From sequence record DRR378314_434: a DNA stretch of 20,000 nucleotides; one strand, 5' to 3'. The notes below the pieces were generated by a model that made no database searches, was not told the origin of the DNA, and saw only the letters and a list, made by a program, of their open reading frames with translations. Made by a program: the position numbers and the translations under genes. Position 1 is the first letter of the stretch. Each line of letters starts with the position of its first letter. Shown here in pieces: positions 16,094 to 20,000 of the stretch.

Positions 16094-16615
16094 TTACATC
16101 ATCCGTTTGAGAGTTCCGTCTTTTATAATAAACTGATGAATGAAAGCCATACCGATATGACCTGCAACTAGAAACAATAAGCCCCAGGCTATGTAAGAAT
16201 GCAGATTACCAATGTTTATCAGCCAGCTAATTTCCTCACTTTTTGCAATAATTTCAAAGTTAAATGCACTCAGCCCATAACCGTTACCCACCATGTAGCA
16301 AATTCCGGTCACAGGCATCAATACCAACGCGGCATACAACAAACCGTGGCCGATTTTTGCCAGAACGCCAATAATAGACTCATGTTCGGGCCGGTTTCCC
16401 TTTTCTTTTGCTGTCCAACCTAAGCGTAAAACAATAAGTACCAATAGAAGGGAACCAATGGATATGTGCCAGGGAACCAGCGTTTCACCCACCCAGTGTT
16501 CACCATCGTTTATACGGTCAAAGAATTTTAGAAATTGCCAGCTAACCAGAATGGCCATCGACCAGTGGAAGAAGCGCGTTATAGAACCATAACGCGCTTT
16601 AGAGTCATTCATCAT
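16094..16615 (-). CDS. Cytochrome b561 (CybB/YceJ family)
   Basis: RYGSITRFFHW, WHISIG, GHGLLY, LHSYIAW, GHIGMAFIHQF..KDGTLKRM. Four TM helices with heme-ligating His. Confidence 0.9.
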   Translation of the reverse strand: MMNDSKARYGSITRFFHWSMAILVSWQFLKFFDRINDGEHWVGETLVPWHISIGSLLLVLIVLRLGWTAKEKGNRPEHESIIGVLAKIGHGLLYAALVLMPVTGICYMVGNGYGLSAFNFEIIAKSEEISWLINIGNLHSYIAWGLLFLVAGHIGMAFIHQFIIKDGTLKRMM

Positions 16616-16708
16616 TTTTGAGTACCCATACTAATCAAATATCGCCTTAGGCTACCTATCTGATATTGGTATGAGAATGCACATTTTCTTAAAATATTTT
16701 TCAGAAAG

Positions 16709-17728
16709 CTAAAACTCTATGCAAATTTTGCCGAAGTGCTTGCCAGACTCCTCGTAACGGAATGCATCCGCTAATTCATCCAGAGCAAAAATTTTATCAA
16801 TTACCGGCTTCACACCATTGGCTTCCAGGGCTCGCACAAAGTCTTTCTGGTTGTCGCGACTGCCAACAATTAACCCCTGTAACTTGGCTTGCTTGGCCAT
16901 TAATTTGGCGGTTGGAACTTCACCTTCACTTCCGGTTAGCACACCAATTAACGCAATGTGCCCCGCTATCGCGACCGCGTTGATAGACTGTGGCAAGGTG
17001 CCAGGGCCACCAACTTCAATCACATGGTCAACACCACGGCCATTGGTTAATTTACGAACCGTTTTGCCCCATTCAGGGTCTTCTTTGTAGTTAATCAAAT
17101 GATCTGCCCCCAGCTCCTTATACTGCTGGAGTTTGTCATTAGACGAGGATGTCGCAAATACAGTCGCCCCCAGGCTTTTCGCTAATTGGCAGGCAAATAC
17201 TGATACGCCACCACTGCCAAGCACCAGCACCGTATTGCCCGGCTTAATGCCACCGTCCACGACCAAACCGCGCCAGGCCGTCAACCCCGCCGTCGTCAGC
17301 GTTGCCGATTCAGCATGGCTGTAGTTTTTAGGCTGATGAGTGAAAAACTGAGTCGGGCGCACGACAACTTCTCGGGCGTAGCCATCAATGCCATCACCCG
17401 GCGTATTGCGGAAGTCGCCGACTGGCGCCGGTCCACTTTGCCAATACGGGAAAAAGGTAGAAACAACATTATCGCCTACCGCGAATTCTTCCACTCCTTC
17501 GCCAACGGCTTCAACAACGCCTGCACCATCAGACATTGGAATGCGTCCATCTTCTGTTGGGATAAAACCGGCAGCTACGCCGTAGTCATGAAAATTAAGC
17601 GAACTTGCTTTAACTTTAACGCGAATTTCTCCCGGCCCGGGCTGGCCAGGGTCTTCCATTTCGGTTACTTGAATATTATCCAGGCCAAACGGTTTTTTGA
17701 GCCGTAGCGCTTTAATTTTCTCAGTCAT
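16709..17728 (-). CDS. NAD(P)-dependent medium-chain dehydrogenase/reductase (zinc-ADH-like fold, quinone-oxidoreductase type)
   Basis: ASSLNFHD, PMSDGAGVVEAVGEGV, AGLTAW, LGSGGVS, GVDHVIEVGG, HFGKICI. Lacks the catalytic Zn Cys/GHE motif. Confidence 0.88.
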   Translation of the reverse strand: MTEKIKALRLKKPFGLDNIQVTEMEDPGQPGPGEIRVKVKASSLNFHDYGVAAGFIPTEDGRIPMSDGAGVVEAVGEGVEEFAVGDNVVSTFFPYWQSGPAPVGDFRNTPGDGIDGYAREVVVRPTQFFTHQPKNYSHAESATLTTAGLTAWRGLVVDGGIKPGNTVLVLGSGGVSVFACQLAKSLGATVFATSSSNDKLQQYKELGADHLINYKEDPEWGKTVRKLTNGRGVDHVIEVGGPGTLPQSINAVAIAGHIALIGVLTGSEGEVPTAKLMAKQAKLQGLIVGSRDNQKDFVRALEANGVKPVIDKIFALDELADAFRYEESGKHFGKICIEF

Positions 17729-17957
17729 GTTGGTAGTCCTTTAACTAGAGTGTGTATTCAATTGTAGTTCTTATGAGGGGTTATTGGATCAAAGCTAAGC
17801 TGTAAAAGCTGAGAAAACTCATTAACAGGAATTAAATTGATCTAACTACATTAGGTAACTCATGATGCCGACTATACTGAAAGTGCCGTTCGCAATACCA
17901 CTAAGGGTATCAGCGAGAACAGCAAATATTTCTATTCAGTAAGGGAAGGAATCCGTA

Positions 17958-19946
17958 ATGGCTAAAAAGACAATTGCGAAATTTGATATCTCGGCAACTG
18001 CACCAGAAGGTTTTGAGCATGAGCCTGACGCAACAGGCGGTTTTTGGTGCCATAAACCGCTTAACACTTTGCCACCGGGTGATTTTATATCGCCCTACTC
18101 GCGTCATAAAACCTTACCGACTCCGGGAGTCGAAAAGCGTAAAGCCTGGATAATTGGTGGCGGTGTCGGGGGGCTTGCTGCTGCATTTTATTTAATTCGC
18201 GATGGTCATATGCCCGCCGAAAACATCACTATTCTAGAAGAAATGAGTGTGGAAGGCGGCTCTATGGATGGTGCGGGTAACCCTGAAGACGGTTACATTA
18301 TTCGCGGTGGTCGTGAAATGAACTGGAACTACGACACACTCTGGGATCTATTCCAGGACATTCCTGCCCTTGAACTTCCTGAAGGCTACTCGGTTCTCGA
18401 TGAATACCGAATGATAAATGACAACGACCCGAATTACTCTAAGGCCCGTTTAATTAACAAGTCCGGCGAGATTCTTGACTCAGAAGACCTGGGTCTGAGT
18501 AAATCTCAGCAATGGGAACTTATTCGCTTAATGCTGAAACGGAAGGAAGAGTTAGACGACACCAGCATTGAGGAATATTTCAGTGAAGGCTTTTTACAAA
18601 GCAACTTCTGGTTCTTATTTCGCACAATGTTTGCTTTTAAAAACTGCCACAGCCTGCTGGAAACCAAGCTCTATTTACATCGTTTTCTGGATTCAATTGA
18701 CGGTTTTGCTGACATGTCTGTTCTGCTTTTCCCTAAATACAATCAGTACGACACCTTTATCAAGCCACTGACCAACTTTCTGCGTGAAAAAGGAGTGAAT
18801 TTTACCTTTGAAGCCAGAGTCGATGACCTTGATATAAGCTTTACCGGAGACAATAAGACAGTAACCGGAATTCAGGCCGTTATTAAAGGTAAAGAGCAAT
18901 ATATTGAAGTTGGCAAGAATGATTTAGTGTTCGCCCTCACCGGCTCAATGACTGAAAATACAGGTTATGCCGGTATGGATGATGCGCCGGAGCTTAGCTG
19001 TGAAAAGCATGACCCGGGTAGCGAAAGCGGCTGGAACTTATGGAAGAACCTCGCCAAAAAATCTCCTGTTTTTGGTAAGCCAGAAAAGTTTTATGGTGAC
19101 GTAGACAAGTCTATATGGGAGTCAGCCACCCTTACCTGCAAGCCCTCGCCCCTGGTCGATAAACTGAAAACCTTATCGGTAAACGACCCATACTCAGGTC
19201 GAACCGTAACAGGCGGGATAGTGACGTTTACTGACTCAAACTGGCTGTTAAGCGTTACCTGTAATCGCCAACCCCACTTCCCCGACCAGCCAGACGATAC
19301 CTTAGTGCTGTGGGTATATGGCCTGTTGATGGATAAGCAAGGGAACCGTGTAAATAAAACCATGCCGGAATGTACCGGCAAAGAGATTCTGACTGAGCTT
19401 TGCCATCACCTGGGTATTGAAGACCAGTTAGATCAGGTTATTGCTAACACCAAAATACGCATTGCGCTTATGCCTTACATTACCGCCCAGTTTATGCCCA
19501 GAGCAGCAGGCGACAGACCCAGAGTAGTGCCTGAAGGCTGCACCAACTTAGGTCTAATTGGACAGTTTGTAGAAACCCGCAACGACATTATATTCACCAT
19601 GGAAGCGTCTATTCGTACCGCCCGTATTGGCGTGTATAAGCTGCTGAATATTCCCAAGCAGGTGCCGGATATAAGCCCCACGCAATACGATATTCGCAAC
19701 ATCATAAAAGGTGCCAGAGCACTCAATAGTAATAAGCCTTTTATTGGTGAGCGTATGCTGCACCGCTTACTCGACAAAACCTACTTTGCCCACATACTGC
19801 CGCCGCTGCCCGAACCGGAGGAGAAAAAGCAAACACACTTTGAAGAGGAGCTAAGAGAACTGCTTGGTAAAGGCGGTGACTTAATCAATAAATTCTCAAG
19901 CTGGGTTAACTCACTGAGGGAAAATTTCTCGAGCAAAGATAAATAG
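17958..19946 (+). CDS. ohyA: Oleate hydratase (myosin-cross-reactive antigen family, FAD-binding)
   Basis: [18 protein letters not shown] Rossmann motif, GGSMDG, RGGREM catalytic motif, [34 protein letters not shown]...FTME.SIR. RBS AAGGA. Confidence 0.95.
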   Translation: MAKKTIAKFDISATAPEGFEHEPDATGGFWCHKPLNTLPPGDFISPYSRHKTLPTPGVEKRKAWIIGGGVGGLAAAFYLIRDGHMPAENITILEEMSVEGGSMDGAGNPEDGYIIRGGREMNWNYDTLWDLFQDIPALELPEGYSVLDEYRMINDNDPNYSKARLINKSGEILDSEDLGLSKSQQWELIRLMLKRKEELDDTSIEEYFSEGFLQSNFWFLFRTMFAFKNCHSLLETKLYLHRFLDSIDGFADMSVLLFPKYNQYDTFIKPLTNFLREKGVNFTFEARVDDLDISFTGDNKTVTGIQAVIKGKEQYIEVGKNDLVFALTGSMTENTGYAGMDDAPELSCEKHDPGSESGWNLWKNLAKKSPVFGKPEKFYGDVDKSIWESATLTCKPSPLVDKLKTLSVNDPYSGRTVTGGIVTFTDSNWLLSVTCNRQPHFPDQPDDTLVLWVYGLLMDKQGNRVNKTMPECTGKEILTELCHHLGIEDQLDQVIANTKIRIALMPYITAQFMPRAAGDRPRVVPEGCTNLGLIGQFVETRNDIIFTMEASIRTARIGVYKLLNIPKQVPDISPTQYDIRNIIKGARALNSNKPFIGERMLHRLLDKTYFAHILPPLPEPEEKKQTHFEEELRELLGKGGDLINKFSSWVNSLRENFSSKDK

Positions 19947-19971
19947 TGGGTTAGGTTCTGTTTTTTGCACA

Positions 19972-19999
19972 AAAAAGCCGCTCGAGTGAGCGGCTTTTT
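19972..19999. terminator. Bidirectional rho-independent terminator
   Basis: AAAAAGCCGCTC-GAGT-GAGCGGCTTTTT perfect inverted repeat 25 bp after the ohyA stop. Confidence 0.9.
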
Positions 20000-20000
20000 A

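Noticed and set aside
17729-17957. FNR or FabR/DesT sites, AAGCT repeats and a TGTAGTT/AACTACA inverted pair in the MDR-ohyA intergenic region
   Set aside because: Only half-sites or short matches, expected by chance in AT-rich DNA.
7114-19972. Numerous 60-130 aa ORFs overlapping the large genes
   Set aside because: Antisense or off-frame shadows of well-supported CDSs, with no motifs.
1-20000. CRISPR array, tRNA/rRNA, transposase, integrase or prophage genes
   Set aside because: No regularly spaced repeats, RNA-gene signatures or recombinase motifs seen.

Overview
Gene-dense window from a marine-type gammaproteobacterium. Alteromonadales/Idiomarina-like is an inference from gene content only. 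Left to right: (1) the 5' part of a TonB-dependent siderophore receptor preceded by a Fur-like box and missed by the ORF track; (2) a patchwork of small accessory genes (exported S9-type and alpha/beta hydrolases, DUF1543, DUF1653, an exported metallo-beta-lactamase-fold protein); (3) two genes (SAM methyltransferase, VOC/glyoxalase) with the hallmarks of integron gene cassettes, but with shortened attC sites and no integrase; (4) an 8.7-kb minus-strand cluster: TonB receptor, PHP-like metallophosphoesterase lipoprotein, ECF sigma, FecR anti-sigma, and a paralogous TonB transducer, with Pho-box-like 11-bp repeats upstream; (5) cytochrome b561, an MDR oxidoreductase and a divergent oleate hydratase ending in a strong terminator. 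The two most interesting items are the putative phosphate-linked cell-surface signalling system with duplicated sensor/transporter receptors, and the relic integron cassette array. All assignments come from reading motifs by eye; no database searches were run.
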